A stretch of 64,000 bases of DNA from Candidatus Latescibacterota bacterium (GTDB lineage: Bacteria; Latescibacterota; UBA2968; UBA8231), in NCBI GenBank assembly GCA_965217585.1, contig OZ244561.1, positions 4,288,001 through 4,352,000 of the forward strand, written 5' to 3'. The first letter of the stretch is position 1; each line of letters opens with the position of its first letter. A program made the position numbers and the translations under genes. Shown one piece after another: positions 9,679 through 18,671 of the stretch. Below the pieces are notes generated by a model. That model was not told the DNA's origin, searched no databases, and worked only from the letters and a program-made list of their open reading frames with translations.

Positions 9679-10761
9679 ATGGTAGCGGGCAAAGGCAGAG
9701 CCAGTGCTAACGGCAAGCCCTTCGGCGAGGATAAGGACAAGGCCATCGGCTTGGCTCTCGCCCAGATCGAACGGCAGTTTGGCAAAGGGGCCATCATGCG
9801 GTTAGGCGAGTCAGCAGCAATGGACGTCGACGTCATTTCCACTGGTGCCATTTCGCTAGACGCGGCCCTCGGGGTCGGTGGGGTGCCCAGAGGTCGGGTC
9901 GTCGAGCTTTTCGGGTCTGAAGCCGCGGGCAAGACCATGCTGGCGTTGCACATCGTCTCCCAGGCGCAACAAACCGGCACGGCAGCTTTCATCGACGCCG
10001 AACACGCGCTCGACGTGAATTTTGCCCGTCGGCTGGGCGTTGATATCGACAATTTGCTCGTCTCACAGCCGGATTCGGGCGAAGAGGCCCTAGAGATTAC
10101 GGATACGCTGGTGCGCAGCGGTGCCCTCGATCTCGTCGTGATCGATTCGGTAGCAGCGCTAGTGCCCAAGGCCGAGCTCGAAGGCGATATGGGCGACTCC
10201 CACGTAGGGTTGCAAGCGCGGCTAATGTCCCAAGCCCTGCGCAAGCTCACCGGGTCCTCTAAGAAGTCAGGGACCACGGTGATCTTTATCAACCAGTTGC
10301 GGATGAAGATCGGCGTGATGTTCGGCAGTCCCGAGACTACCACCGGCGGTCGTGCCCTAAACTTCTATTCCTCGGTCCGCCTCGACATCCGTGGCATTGG
10401 CGCGATCAAGGACGGCGACGAGATCATCGGTCGTCGCACCCGCGTCAAGGTCGTCAAGAACAAGGTCGCCCCGCCCTTCCGCGAGGCCGAGTTCGACATC
10501 ATGTTCCGCGGCGACGACGTAGGCATATCGCGCGAGGGCGATCTGCTGGACTTGGGCGTCGACAGCGGTTTCGTCGCCAAAAGTGGCACCTGGTTCTCCT
10601 ATGGTGACGAGCGGTTGGGCCAGGGGCGCGAGAACGCGCGTGTCTTCCTCCGCGACAACCACGAGGTCCGCACGCGCCTAGAGACCGAGGTGCGCCAAGC
10701 CCTCAACATGAAGGTCCCAGAAGTACCTGAGCACAAAGAAGCAGAGGCCGAACTGGCCTAG
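9679..10761 (+). CDS. recA: Recombinase RecA
   Basis: [78 protein letters not shown]. Confidence 0.98.
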   Translation: MVAGKGRASANGKPFGEDKDKAIGLALAQIERQFGKGAIMRLGESAAMDVDVISTGAISLDAALGVGGVPRGRVVELFGSEAAGKTMLALHIVSQAQQTGTAAFIDAEHALDVNFARRLGVDIDNLLVSQPDSGEEALEITDTLVRSGALDLVVIDSVAALVPKAELEGDMGDSHVGLQARLMSQALRKLTGSSKKSGTTVIFINQLRMKIGVMFGSPETTTGGRALNFYSSVRLDIRGIGAIKDGDEIIGRRTRVKVVKNKVAPPFREAEFDIMFRGDDVGISREGDLLDLGVDSGFVAKSGTWFSYGDERLGQGRENARVFLRDNHEVRTRLETEVRQALNMKVPEVPEHKEAEAELA

Positions 10762-10872
10762 CCTCTGCGCTCTCGCGGGTCGAGGTGCCAAGGCTACTAA
10801 GGATCCCCACTCCAAGGCGGCCGCAGCGCCTCGCACCCGCGCGTACTCCTTAACTCCCCCAAGGAGGTAATT

Positions 10873-11136
10873 ATGCAGACTGCCATACTAAGCCCCGCGG
10901 CCATCCCCTTGCAAGCGCGCATTGGCCGCGCCCGCTCTTGGGCCGACTTGGAGTTGCTGTGCGAGCACATCGACGACGCCTACCAGCGCGGCGAGCTCGA
11001 GCTGTCCAGCGCCGACGAGCTAAGTGCCTTGGTGGCCTCGGCCGCCCTGAAGGTGCCCGAGCAACCCAGCATCCCCGCCGAGGCGCTCTTAGGTCGGGAA
11101 CGGGAAATGCCGCACAACACCCGTCAAGCAGCCTGA
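10873..11136 (+). CDS. Small hypothetical protein
   Basis: Strong RBS AAGGAGGT, 87 aa, host-like codon usage, terminator downstream. Confidence 0.7.
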   Translation: MQTAILSPAAIPLQARIGRARSWADLELLCEHIDDAYQRGELELSSADELSALVASAALKVPEQPSIPAEALLGREREMPHNTRQAA

Positions 11137-11176
11137 CCAAGCCGCGGCACAGCCCGCCTTTAGGGCGGGCCAACAT

Positions 11177-11212
11177 GGGCGCCGGAGCAAAAAACTCCGG
11201 TGCCTTTTGTTT
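11177..11212 (+). terminator. Intrinsic terminator
   Basis: GGCGCCGGAG-loop-CTCCGGTGCC followed by TTTTGTTT. Confidence 0.65.
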
Positions 11213-11245
11213 GCAAAAAACAGCCCATGCCGTATAATCAAAGGC

Positions 11246-11791
11246 ATGCCCCGCAGTTCGTTGGAAACCCCCGCCTTAAGAGTGCTAATCGAGCGCCAGC
11301 AAGTGGAGCGGCGTATCGGCGAGCTGGCCCAGCTGCTAGCCGCCGACTACGCTGGGTCCACCCCCTTGTTTATCGGCCTCCTCAACGGAGCAGTGCAGTT
11401 TATGATGGCCCTGATGGACCACTTGCCCGAGGAGCTGTTGGCGCGATTGGACTACGATTTCGTCGGCGTTTCGAGCTACCAAGGCACAGAGAATACCGGG
11501 CAGATTGAACTGACCAAAGATCTCGTCGTCGAGGTGGCCGGACGGGACGTGCTAGTCGTCGATGGCATCGTCGATACGGGCCGATCCTTAGATTTTGTGA
11601 TGGCCATGCTAAAGTCGCGGCAACCCCTTTCGCTTAGAGTATGTACGCTGCTGAACAAGCGCGCCCGCAGGGAGTTTCCAGTGCAGATAGAGTACTGTGG
11701 TTTTGAAATTGAAGACACGTTCGTCGTTGGCTACGGCATGGATTGCGACCAGCGCTACCGCGCCCTGCGCCACATCGCCGCCATTGGATGA
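11246..11791 (+). CDS. hpt: Hypoxanthine phosphoribosyltransferase
   Basis: VSSYQG, PRPP loop VLVVDGIVDTGRSL, FVVGYGMD..YRAL. Confidence 0.88.
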   Translation: MPRSSLETPALRVLIERQQVERRIGELAQLLAADYAGSTPLFIGLLNGAVQFMMALMDHLPEELLARLDYDFVGVSSYQGTENTGQIELTKDLVVEVAGRDVLVVDGIVDTGRSLDFVMAMLKSRQPLSLRVCTLLNKRARREFPVQIEYCGFEIEDTFVVGYGMDCDQRYRALRHIAAIG

Positions 11792-11811
11792 GATAGAGGA
11801 GAAGAGGAGCC

Positions 11812-12630
11812 ATGGCCCCCAAGAAAGTCTTAATTACCGGCGTTTGCGGATTGATCGCCGGGGCTGTGTATCGGCATCTGCGCACCCAACCCGACCGCTA
11901 TGACCTCTATGGCCTAGCGCGGCGGTCCCAGCTTTCGGAGCGGGCACCCAGAGACACAGATTTGGGAATTCCCGAAGAGAAATTCACCCTTGCAGACCTG
12001 ACCGACTACAACGCGATAGCAAAGGCTGTCGAGGGTATGGACGTGGTCGTGCAACTGGCAGCCGACCCGCGGCCAGACGCTAGTTGGGAGAGCCTGCTCG
12101 GCAGCAATATAGTCGGGCCGCGCAATGTGCTAGAGGCTGCGCGCCGCGCTGGTGTCAGGAGAGTGGTCTTCGCCAGCTCGATCATGGTGTCTTGGGGCTA
12201 CCAGCAAGAGGATCCGTACAAAGCAATCTCCGAAGGGCGCTTCGACGCGGTCAATGCCGGTCAGGTACAGGCCGTGACTCACGAGTGGCCGCATCGGCCG
12301 ACTGGCCTCTATCCGGCGACCAAAATTTGGGGCGAGGCCCTAGCGCGCTACTACGCCGACGTACACAATATGTCGGTGCCCTGTTTGCGCATCGGCTGGG
12401 TCAATGCCGAGGACCATCCGCGCGACGAGCGGGGCGGGGCTATCTGGTGCAGCCAGCGCGACGTGGTACAACTCGTGCAGCGCGCGATCGAAGCTCCGGC
12501 AGACTTGCGCTTTGATATTTTTTACGGAGTGTCCAATAACCGCTGGCGCTGGGTCGATATTGACCACCCGCGCGAGGTCTTGGGCTATATCCCCGCAGAT
12601 AGCGCCGAAGAGAAGCTGGGGCTGGCCTGA
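11812..12630 (+). CDS. NAD-dependent epimerase/dehydratase (uronate dehydrogenase-like)
   Basis: VLITGVCGLIA, VFASS, YPATK (YxxxK), LRIG. Confidence 0.85.
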   Translation: MAPKKVLITGVCGLIAGAVYRHLRTQPDRYDLYGLARRSQLSERAPRDTDLGIPEEKFTLADLTDYNAIAKAVEGMDVVVQLAADPRPDASWESLLGSNIVGPRNVLEAARRAGVRRVVFASSIMVSWGYQQEDPYKAISEGRFDAVNAGQVQAVTHEWPHRPTGLYPATKIWGEALARYYADVHNMSVPCLRIGWVNAEDHPRDERGGAIWCSQRDVVQLVQRAIEAPADLRFDIFYGVSNNRWRWVDIDHPREVLGYIPADSAEEKLGLA

Positions 12631-12634
12631 GCCA

Positions 12635-13189
12635 ATGGGCCGAACGCCTAAGACCAAAACGGACCTATTGTCCGTCAAGCTCTTCTTTCTCGTCCTAGGG
12701 GCCATTGCCGCCTACAATGTCGTTAATTGGGTGCGCGGCGAACCGGAATGGGAAGAGCGGAGCTATGAGCCGGGGGTCTTCACCGTACAGGTGGCCGGCC
12801 GGCCCAATCTGCGCAAGCTACGCGAGCCGTTGTCCTTCGGCGAGGTAGAGTTCCAATACCTGATGTTCGAGCGCGACGACGTGCAATACGCCGTTGCCTA
12901 TGGGGACGTGCCCGAGACCGTCCCAGCCGATAGTGCGATTGCCGCGCGCCGCGATGCCATCTTGCGGAAGGTGAAGGGGACGATCCTGTCGGAAGCCGCC
13001 GTTGAGATGGACGGGCATTCCGCTTGGCAGACGCAGATACAAGCTGAGGACGAAAGCCTCCTGAGATTGCAGTGCCTACAGGTGGGCCAACGGCTCTACA
13101 GCTTGATGGCGGTCGGAGCACCCTACGCGTTTGACGACCCCTCGGATATCGAGCGGTTTTTCGCGTCCTTCAGGCTCGTCAAGCCCTGA
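12635..13189 (+). CDS. Hypothetical membrane-anchored protein
   Basis: N-terminal hydrophobic helix; C-terminal RFFASFRL; operonic position. Confidence 0.6.
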   Translation: MGRTPKTKTDLLSVKLFFLVLGAIAAYNVVNWVRGEPEWEERSYEPGVFTVQVAGRPNLRKLREPLSFGEVEFQYLMFERDDVQYAVAYGDVPETVPADSAIAARRDAILRKVKGTILSEAAVEMDGHSAWQTQIQAEDESLLRLQCLQVGQRLYSLMAVGAPYAFDDPSDIERFFASFRLVKP

Positions 13190-13205
13190 TGATAAGGAGT
13201 ATCAA

Positions 13206-14255
13206 GTGAAGCTGCTCAAAGAGCTATGCGAAAGTGCGGGGGTTCCCGGCCGAGAGGATCGGCTGCGCGAGATCGTGCGGCGGGAGCTCGCGCCCCTGAC
13301 CGACGAGATGCGGGTGGATGCCTTGGGCAACCTGATCGCTGTGAAGAAGGCGAGCAAGGGCAAAAAGGCCAAGAAGCTGATGATCGCCGCGCACATGGAC
13401 GAGATCGGTTTCGTGGTTTCACACATCGACGAGCGGGGCCTTTTGCGGCTGGTGCCCTTAGGCGGGCACGACCCGCGCAACATGGTGGCCCAAAGGGTCG
13501 TCGTCAGGGGCAAGAAGCGCGATCTACCGGGTTTGCTCTACCCAGGTATTAAACCACCGCACATCCAGACGGCGGCCGACCGCGATGCCAAGTTGGCCAT
13601 CAGCGACTTTATCGTCGATCTCTACCTGGCACCTGCCAAGGTCAAGCGCGAGGTCGAGCTTGGTGCGATGGTGACGTTGCAGCGGGATTTCGCCGAGATC
13701 GGCGACGGAGTTTCCTGTAAGGCCATGGACGATCGGGTTGCGCTCTACGTGATGATCCGCGCCATGCAGCAGGCCAAGACCTTTGGCTGTGAGACCTATG
13801 CGGTGGCCACTGTGCAGGAGGAGGTTGGCTTGCGGGGCGCGCAGGTAAGCGCGTTTGGGGTCGAGCCGGACCTGGGGGTAGCCCTCGACGTGACGCTGGC
13901 GGCCGATATTCCGGGGATACCCGAGCACGAGCAGGTGACGCGCTTAGGGCAGGGCGCAGCGATTAAACTGCTGGACTCGTCGGCGATCTCGCACCCGGGC
14001 TTGGTGGCTCAGCTCAGAGGGCTAGCGAAGAAGAGGAAAATCGAGTGCCAATTGGAAATCCTCCCTCTGGGCGGCACGGACGCCGGTGCCATGCAAAGGG
14101 TCCGTACTGGTGTGCCGGTGGCGACGATTTCAGTGCCGACTCGCTACATTCACACCTCGGTCGAGCTGGTTGACAAAGGCGACTTGCAAGCAGCCGTGGA
14201 TCTGCTGACCGCCTTTCTCGAAGAGGGCCATCGGGCCGACTTGACGCTCGTCTGA
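13206..14255 (+). CDS. M42 family aminopeptidase (TET-like)
   Basis: AAHMDEIG, KAMDDR, VQEEVGLRGA, GGTDAG, RYIHT. Confidence 0.93.
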   Translation: MKLLKELCESAGVPGREDRLREIVRRELAPLTDEMRVDALGNLIAVKKASKGKKAKKLMIAAHMDEIGFVVSHIDERGLLRLVPLGGHDPRNMVAQRVVVRGKKRDLPGLLYPGIKPPHIQTAADRDAKLAISDFIVDLYLAPAKVKREVELGAMVTLQRDFAEIGDGVSCKAMDDRVALYVMIRAMQQAKTFGCETYAVATVQEEVGLRGAQVSAFGVEPDLGVALDVTLAADIPGIPEHEQVTRLGQGAAIKLLDSSAISHPGLVAQLRGLAKKRKIECQLEILPLGGTDAGAMQRVRTGVPVATISVPTRYIHTSVELVDKGDLQAAVDLLTAFLEEGHRADLTLV

Positions 14256-14280
14256 ACGATCCCACCCGCAACGGGATCAT

Positions 14281-15189
14281 TCAGCCGAGAGTGATCCTCA
14301 ATACTGGACACTTCCGTCGAGCTCCGCGGGGAATGATACCGATGACATCGACTTTCGCTCCCATCTGCTCGAACTGCCCATGAATCCTATCGCACATGTC
14401 CATGGCAATTAGTAGGATCAGTCGTCCCGTGTGCTTCATGACGCGTAACAGCTCAGGCAACGAGTCCATGACGGCCTGACGGCAGGAACTCCGGAAGGGC
14501 GGTTCTGTGACGATCAGATCGAAGTGGTCGGTTCGTATTGGCAGATGTCTGGCATCGGCAACTACATACAAGTTCGGAAAGTTCACTGAGAGACCTGGAG
14601 ACAGGCTATCATCGATGTCGGACACGAAGACTGTGAGTCCACGACGTCTCCCTTCAAGGGCAAGCCCGCCAAATCCGGCAAATGGATCCAAGATGACATC
14701 CGTTGGCTTTGGATCAGCGATGTTGAACAGAAACCGGGCATCTAGAGTAGACACGGCTCGATGCCAGTTGTGTCCTGACACAACACGCCTGTCTCCATTC
14801 TGGACGATCTCGAACTTGCGATTGCTCGGGGCATCCGCCAGTAGCGCCTGCTTGTCTTGAACGTAAACCTCTGTCTGGTGCACCTTGTAATCACCAACGC
14901 GAATCCAGCCAAGAAGCCACCGTTCGCTCCGAACGGCAGAGATCTCCTCTCCACGGAAGGGCTCGTAGTGCTGGCCGACGATTGCTTCAGTAAACCCGAG
15001 GTCGCCTGCGAGTGCTGCGACTCGATCAGGAATGAGTGGCAGTTCGATCGACATCCGATGCCGTTCCCGCCGGTCCTTCTTGAGTTCTAGACCAAACCGG
15101 CGGTAGACAGCTAGGAACTCCGTCTTCGCCAACTCGTACGGAATGCCAATTCCTCCACGGCTGGTGCGGAAGTAGATCTCATACTGCAT
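14281..15189 (-). CDS. SAM-dependent amino-methyltransferase (Trm11/UPF0020-like); terminal cassette-like gene
   Basis: ILDPFAGFGG motif I, LIVTEPPF motif IV; composition differs from core genes. Confidence 0.75.
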   Translation of the reverse strand: MQYEIYFRTSRGGIGIPYELAKTEFLAVYRRFGLELKKDRRERHRMSIELPLIPDRVAALAGDLGFTEAIVGQHYEPFRGEEISAVRSERWLLGWIRVGDYKVHQTEVYVQDKQALLADAPSNRKFEIVQNGDRRVVSGHNWHRAVSTLDARFLFNIADPKPTDVILDPFAGFGGLALEGRRRGLTVFVSDIDDSLSPGLSVNFPNLYVVADARHLPIRTDHFDLIVTEPPFRSSCRQAVMDSLPELLRVMKHTGRLILLIAMDMCDRIHGQFEQMGAKVDVIGIIPRGARRKCPVLRITLG

Positions 15190-15284
15190 ATCGCCTCAAT
15201 CCCCGACAGGCCTCAATGCCAATTCTCTCCTTAAGAGCGGATATATCTCAATCTATTCTGGATCAACTCGTTTTGTCCCATGTC

Positions 15285-15427
15285 GCTTAACGTCATGCCG
15301 GTTTGCGAACCTGGCTCTCACCCGAAGGGGCTGGCGCGAGCTTGGCCCTGCAAAGCGAGTGACAGAAGCCAGGTTGCCCGAAGGGCCAAGACGCGAATGT
15401 GCCGCAGCGTAAACTGCGCTGTTAAAT
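15285..15427 (-). repeat. attC-like site A (143 bp)
   Basis: + strand: GCTTAAC-gtcatgc-CGGTTTGCG..CGTAAACTG-cgct-GTTAAAT; internal stem AACCTGGCT/AGCCAGGTT and hairpin GCCC-GAA-GGGC. Confidence 0.8.
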
Positions 15428-15460
15428 GACGTGGGCCAATCCGCGGCAAGATATAACGGG

Positions 15461-16000
15461 CTAAACCTCCTCGGCGAAGTCCGATGAGAGAGCTCCCCGA
15501 AATCCAATGCGTTTGTGCGGATCTCTGTATTGAGTCAATTCGTAATGTCCGATCATGAAGCCTTGGGACTCCCAGAACGTCAGGGCGCTCGGATTGTCGC
15601 GGCGTACATTCAAGTCAATCCGATCGATACCCAAGCCGTCGGTGATTTCTGTTACGGCTTGTACAAGGAATGACCCAATGCCCTCTCGGCGTTGCGCAGG
15701 AACAACGTAGAAGTCATTGATCTTCGCGCTAGTGCCACTAATTGAAAATGAAACAAATCCAACCGGGGACCCTTCGCTGAGGCACCAGAAAATCCTTGGT
15801 TCCGGACTGGAAAGGGGAAACCGATCTGCGAAATACACATCGCGGCGATCCGATGAACGTACTGTATCTGCAGTTGGCATTGTCTCCAACCAGTAGGCGT
15901 CAACTAGTGGCCGAAACCTATCCTCAGCGGAAGGAAGCACCTGCTCGAATTCAAGGCGAACGGTCAAAACTCGTCTCTTCTCATATAAGGCCCATGTCAT
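15461..16000 (-). CDS. GNAT family acetyltransferase (cassette)
   Basis: FYVVPAQRREGIGSFL (motif A), NPSALTFWESQGF (motif B). Confidence 0.85.
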   Translation of the reverse strand: MTWALYEKRRVLTVRLEFEQVLPSAEDRFRPLVDAYWLETMPTADTVRSSDRRDVYFADRFPLSSPEPRIFWCLSEGSPVGFVSFSISGTSAKINDFYVVPAQRREGIGSFLVQAVTEITDGLGIDRIDLNVRRDNPSALTFWESQGFMIGHYELTQYRDPHKRIGFRGALSSDFAEEV

Positions 16001-16040
16001 TTAACAGCTTTCCGGTTTGCGAACCCGGAGCGAAGCGGAG
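15999..16040 (-). repeat. Truncated attC-like site B1 (left arm only)
   Basis: ATTTAAC-agctttc-CGGTTTGCG-AAC; the same 9-mer as sites A and E; no partner arm. Confidence 0.65.
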
Positions 16041-16106
16041 GTATTCTCTCCTGTCTACGGTCCATCCGAACACCTCGTTTAGACACCGGTCTGTCGCGCC
16101 AATTTC

Positions 16107-16242
16107 AGGTAACGTTCCGCGGGTTGCCGATGTGTCCGCACATCAGCAGACAGATCGGGGCTTTCAATCAGTCCAACCCATCGGTTGCGGCCATTTTGGT
16201 TGGGTTATAGTTGGGTTGGGTCTCGGCAACTCGCCGTTATCG
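16107..16242 (-). repeat. attC-like site B2 (136 bp)
   Basis: AGGTAAC-gttccgc-GGGTTGCCG..CGGCAACTC-gcc-GTTATCG. Confidence 0.75.
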
Positions 16243-16329
16243 GCTGTGGCGAAGGGGTGGTTTCGTCACTTTCAGCTCTTGAGATCGGGGCGACAATAGA
16301 GCGTGCACCATAGATTCAGCGTGCTTTGT

Positions 16330-16964
16330 TCATTTTGTCAGCACCGGTTTTCGCAAAGTGAAAGACTGGAAGTGCACGCCCTAGGGCTCGACTACGTGGA
16401 AATCCAAGACATCGAAATACTCCCGTACATATCCATGCATCTGATCGTCGGTTCGAAAAGAAAAAAATCGAGGAGGATCGTGCCAGTCGTTAGGCGCTTC
16501 GCCCTCAAACGGGTCACCCCCGTACACGCCCAAAAAAAAGAGACCGCCTGGAACTAAGACGTTTCGGATAGCAGCCAGTACGTCAGATAAATTGACATTC
16601 GGGACATGAAGCAGGCAATTCATTGCATAGACTGCGTCGAAAGAACTCAGGGGAAAGCCCAAATTTAGAAAGTCAGCCGGGTAGCCACGAGACCTTTAGC
16701 GCGGCAGCGTGCAACCATTTCCGGTGAAAGATCAGTCACAACTGTTTCTAACCCACCTTTCTGGAAAAACAAGCCATCCTGACCTGTCCCGGCACCGATC
16801 TCCAGAAGACTCACCTTACCCTCGGTGCGTACGATACTGAGAAAGTCTGCACGCTCAGTCAGCTTCCACGGGGCTTTCTCACGCTGATCGCGTTCTCCTG
16901 CGCTACCGTCATAGGCTACTTGAAGACGAGCGACGACATCTTTGTACTCGAACATTGCTTCCAT
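16330..16964 (-). pseudogene. Class I SAM methyltransferase, disrupted (frameshift plus in-frame TAG)
   Basis: LLEIGAGTG in 16665-16964; a frame change near 16684 continues as YPADFLNLGFPLSSFDAVY; past the TAG at 16381-16383 the frame continues GVHFQSFTLRKPVLTK to TGA at 16330. Confidence 0.8.
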
Positions 16965-17088
16965 TCATTGACCCATTGATTCAGCCTGCCCAAATATCAT
17001 AAGCGAATGTGATTACGATAATGAATGAATAGACGTCTTTGCTACTGCACGCTTTAACGCTTTTTCTGGGTGGGGTTGGGGCGATTGC

Positions 17089-17152
17089 CGATAACGGTCC
17101 CGCCGTGCGCGAACTGCCGGAGGCAGTTGGGCGAAGGCCCTCGTGGCCTGAG
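17089..17152 (-). repeat. Truncated attC-like site C (left arm plus internal hairpins)
   Basis: CGATAAC-ggtcccg-CCGTGCGCG-AACTGCC-gga-GGCAGTT-GGGCGAAGGCCC; right arm missing. Confidence 0.7.
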
Positions 17153-17210
17153 CAAGAAAGATAAGTCTGGATCCAAGCTACAACCTTCTGTTCTGTGACT
17201 CCGGGCTGGC

Positions 17211-17293
17211 GGCTAACGATTTGCCGTGCCCGAACCGTGTAGCGGTTGGGCGAAGGCGCCCAAGCGCCAAAGCCGGGCACGGACGTGTTACCG
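17211..17293 (-). repeat. attC-like site D (83 bp)
   Basis: GGCTAAC-gatttg-CCGTGCCCG-AACCG..CGGTT-..GGCGC-ccaa-GCGCC..CGGGCACGG-acgt-GTTACCG. Confidence 0.82.
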
Positions 17294-17303
17294 GAAATGA
17301 ACA

Positions 17304-17813
17304 CTAACACGAGCGCTCGAGAAGTTTACGCATACGAGGCCGATGGATCTCTACGAACCAGGGGTCCAGAAAAGGCAAATACTCGAGCTGCCGGGAATCC
17401 GGAAGGAAAAAGAAGTCGCACTTATGACGTCGTCGGCAATTGGACGCCCCGCATTGACACTCCCAAACATCACCGTCAACCGCGTTCAACGAGTAGTCAA
17501 AGAAGAGTTCCTCGTTCGGACAAATATCGCGCATTGCCAATACGAACCGCTGCCTAAAAACAGAATACACGAAAACATTTGGATCGCAGGAGTGGTTAAA
17601 GAAGCCTGCGGGCTTTTGCATTAGCACCGTCGTGCCATCCGGTAGCCAGTCTCGGTGGATCGGATCTTCGCCCAATTCTGGCCTGAGCGGGTGTTCCTCG
17701 TCAACGACGCGGGTATCGTCGATTCGGTGAATGACCTCGCACCGGCGTATATAGGCCGTGGAAAACACGCCATAGCCGTGTAACGTTGATTTTTTCACAA
17801 CAACCTTGCTCAT
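17304..17813 (-). CDS. SET-domain lysine methyltransferase with post-SET cysteines (cassette)
   Basis: HGYGVFS, FFNHSCDPN, EELFFDY, CQCGASNCR. Confidence 0.9.
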   Translation of the reverse strand: MSKVVVKKSTLHGYGVFSTAYIRRCEVIHRIDDTRVVDEEHPLRPELGEDPIHRDWLPDGTTVLMQKPAGFFNHSCDPNVFVYSVFRQRFVLAMRDICPNEELFFDYSLNAVDGDVWECQCGASNCRRRHKCDFFFLPDSRQLEYLPFLDPWFVEIHRPRMRKLLERSC

Positions 17814-17842
17814 TTCTTGACAGCAGTTGGTTAGTTCGTTTC

Positions 17843-17931
17843 AGGTAACGTATTGCCGGTTTGCGAACCGCGGAGCGGTTACCGGAGGCCAAGGCGCCAT
17901 CGGCGCCGCAACGCAAAACGCGCTGTTATCG
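17843..17931 (-). repeat. attC-like site E (89 bp)
   Basis: AGGTAAC-gtattgc-CGGTTTGCG-AACCGC-gga-GCGGTT..GGCGCC-atc-GGCGCC..CGCAAAACG-cgct-GTTATCG. Confidence 0.82.
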
Positions 17932-17988
17932 GCAGTCGCCTTCGCAGCCCGTCCTCGAGAGGAGGCGTGGGGTGCGCAAACGAGAACT

Positions 17989-18007
17989 CGCAAACCGAGT
18001 GTTGCCT
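17989..18007 (-). repeat. Orphan right arm of an attC-like site
   Basis: CGCAAACCG-agt-GTTGCCT; the 9-mer is the exact complement of CGGTTTGCG; lies just after the NUDIX stop. Confidence 0.55.
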
Positions 18008-18014
18008 CGGTTGC

Positions 18015-18554
18015 TTACTCCTTCAATAGGCCAGCAGCAATGAGAGCGCGATGGTGCAGGGGTAGAAAAACGTCCAGCGCCAACTCCCCAAGGACTCCTT
18101 CAGGTTGAACCAGTTTGCGCGCCAGCGTCTCGTGTTCGGGCACCCACTCATTGAGCTCGACTCTCGCTAGCCAGATCGAGCGCACGAGCACTAGACCCTT
18201 TTCGTGCCCCCTGATGCACTCTCCGCGGGAGAATCCCAGAAGCTTTGCCTCTCTGACCTCAACGCATGCTTCCTCTCTCATCTCCCGCCGCAGGGTTTCC
18301 TCCCACGACTCGCTTCCTTCCGGTCTGCCTGCCGGGAATCCCCACGTTTCCCCATCTTGCGTAGCCAACACGACCTCGCCGTTGTCTGTCAAGCAAATAC
18401 CACCAGAGCCGTGGCGTTGCCCTTCCGGCACATCGTGAGAAGGAAACCAAGTGACGAGAACATCCTGTCCTCCCGTTTCTACCAGAAATGCTTCGTATTC
18501 CCTTGCTGGCCCTGATGCCTCAGACATCCATTGCCCTCTTTGGAATGTGATCAT
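18015..18554 (-). CDS. NUDIX hydrolase (cassette)
   Basis: Nudix box GRPEGSESWEETLRREMREEAC. Confidence 0.9.
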   Translation of the reverse strand: MITFQRGQWMSEASGPAREYEAFLVETGGQDVLVTWFPSHDVPEGQRHGSGGICLTDNGEVVLATQDGETWGFPAGRPEGSESWEETLRREMREEACVEVREAKLLGFSRGECIRGHEKGLVLVRSIWLARVELNEWVPEHETLARKLVQPEGVLGELALDVFLPLHHRALIAAGLLKE

Positions 18555-18599
18555 GAGATGTGCTCCAATTTGCGTCCATTTCGTCCACCACCTGCACCG

Positions 18600-18668
18600 C
18601 TATAACCCAGTCGTTTTTGTCGGGAATGGGAAAGTCGGCGAGGGGAGCGTGACCGGTCTGATATTCCC
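18600..18668 (-). repeat. Degenerate attC-like site F (left arm only)
   Basis: CTATAAC-ccagtcg-TTTTTGTCG has the same spacing to the CG, then GGGAAT..ATTCCC; abuts the stop of the FlgD-domain gene. Confidence 0.45.
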
Positions 18669-18671
18669 CGT

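Noticed and set aside
16344-16357. CCGGTTTTCGCAAA as the missing right arm of site B1
   Set aside because: It lies in the coding C terminus (TLRKP) of the methyltransferase pseudogene and lacks the N4-GTTA core.
16981-17310. 109-aa ORF, and similar ORFs at 15253-15507, 17827-18108 and 22962-23438
   Set aside because: They run through palindromic sites or antisense to real genes and have no recognisable motifs; likely shadow ORFs.
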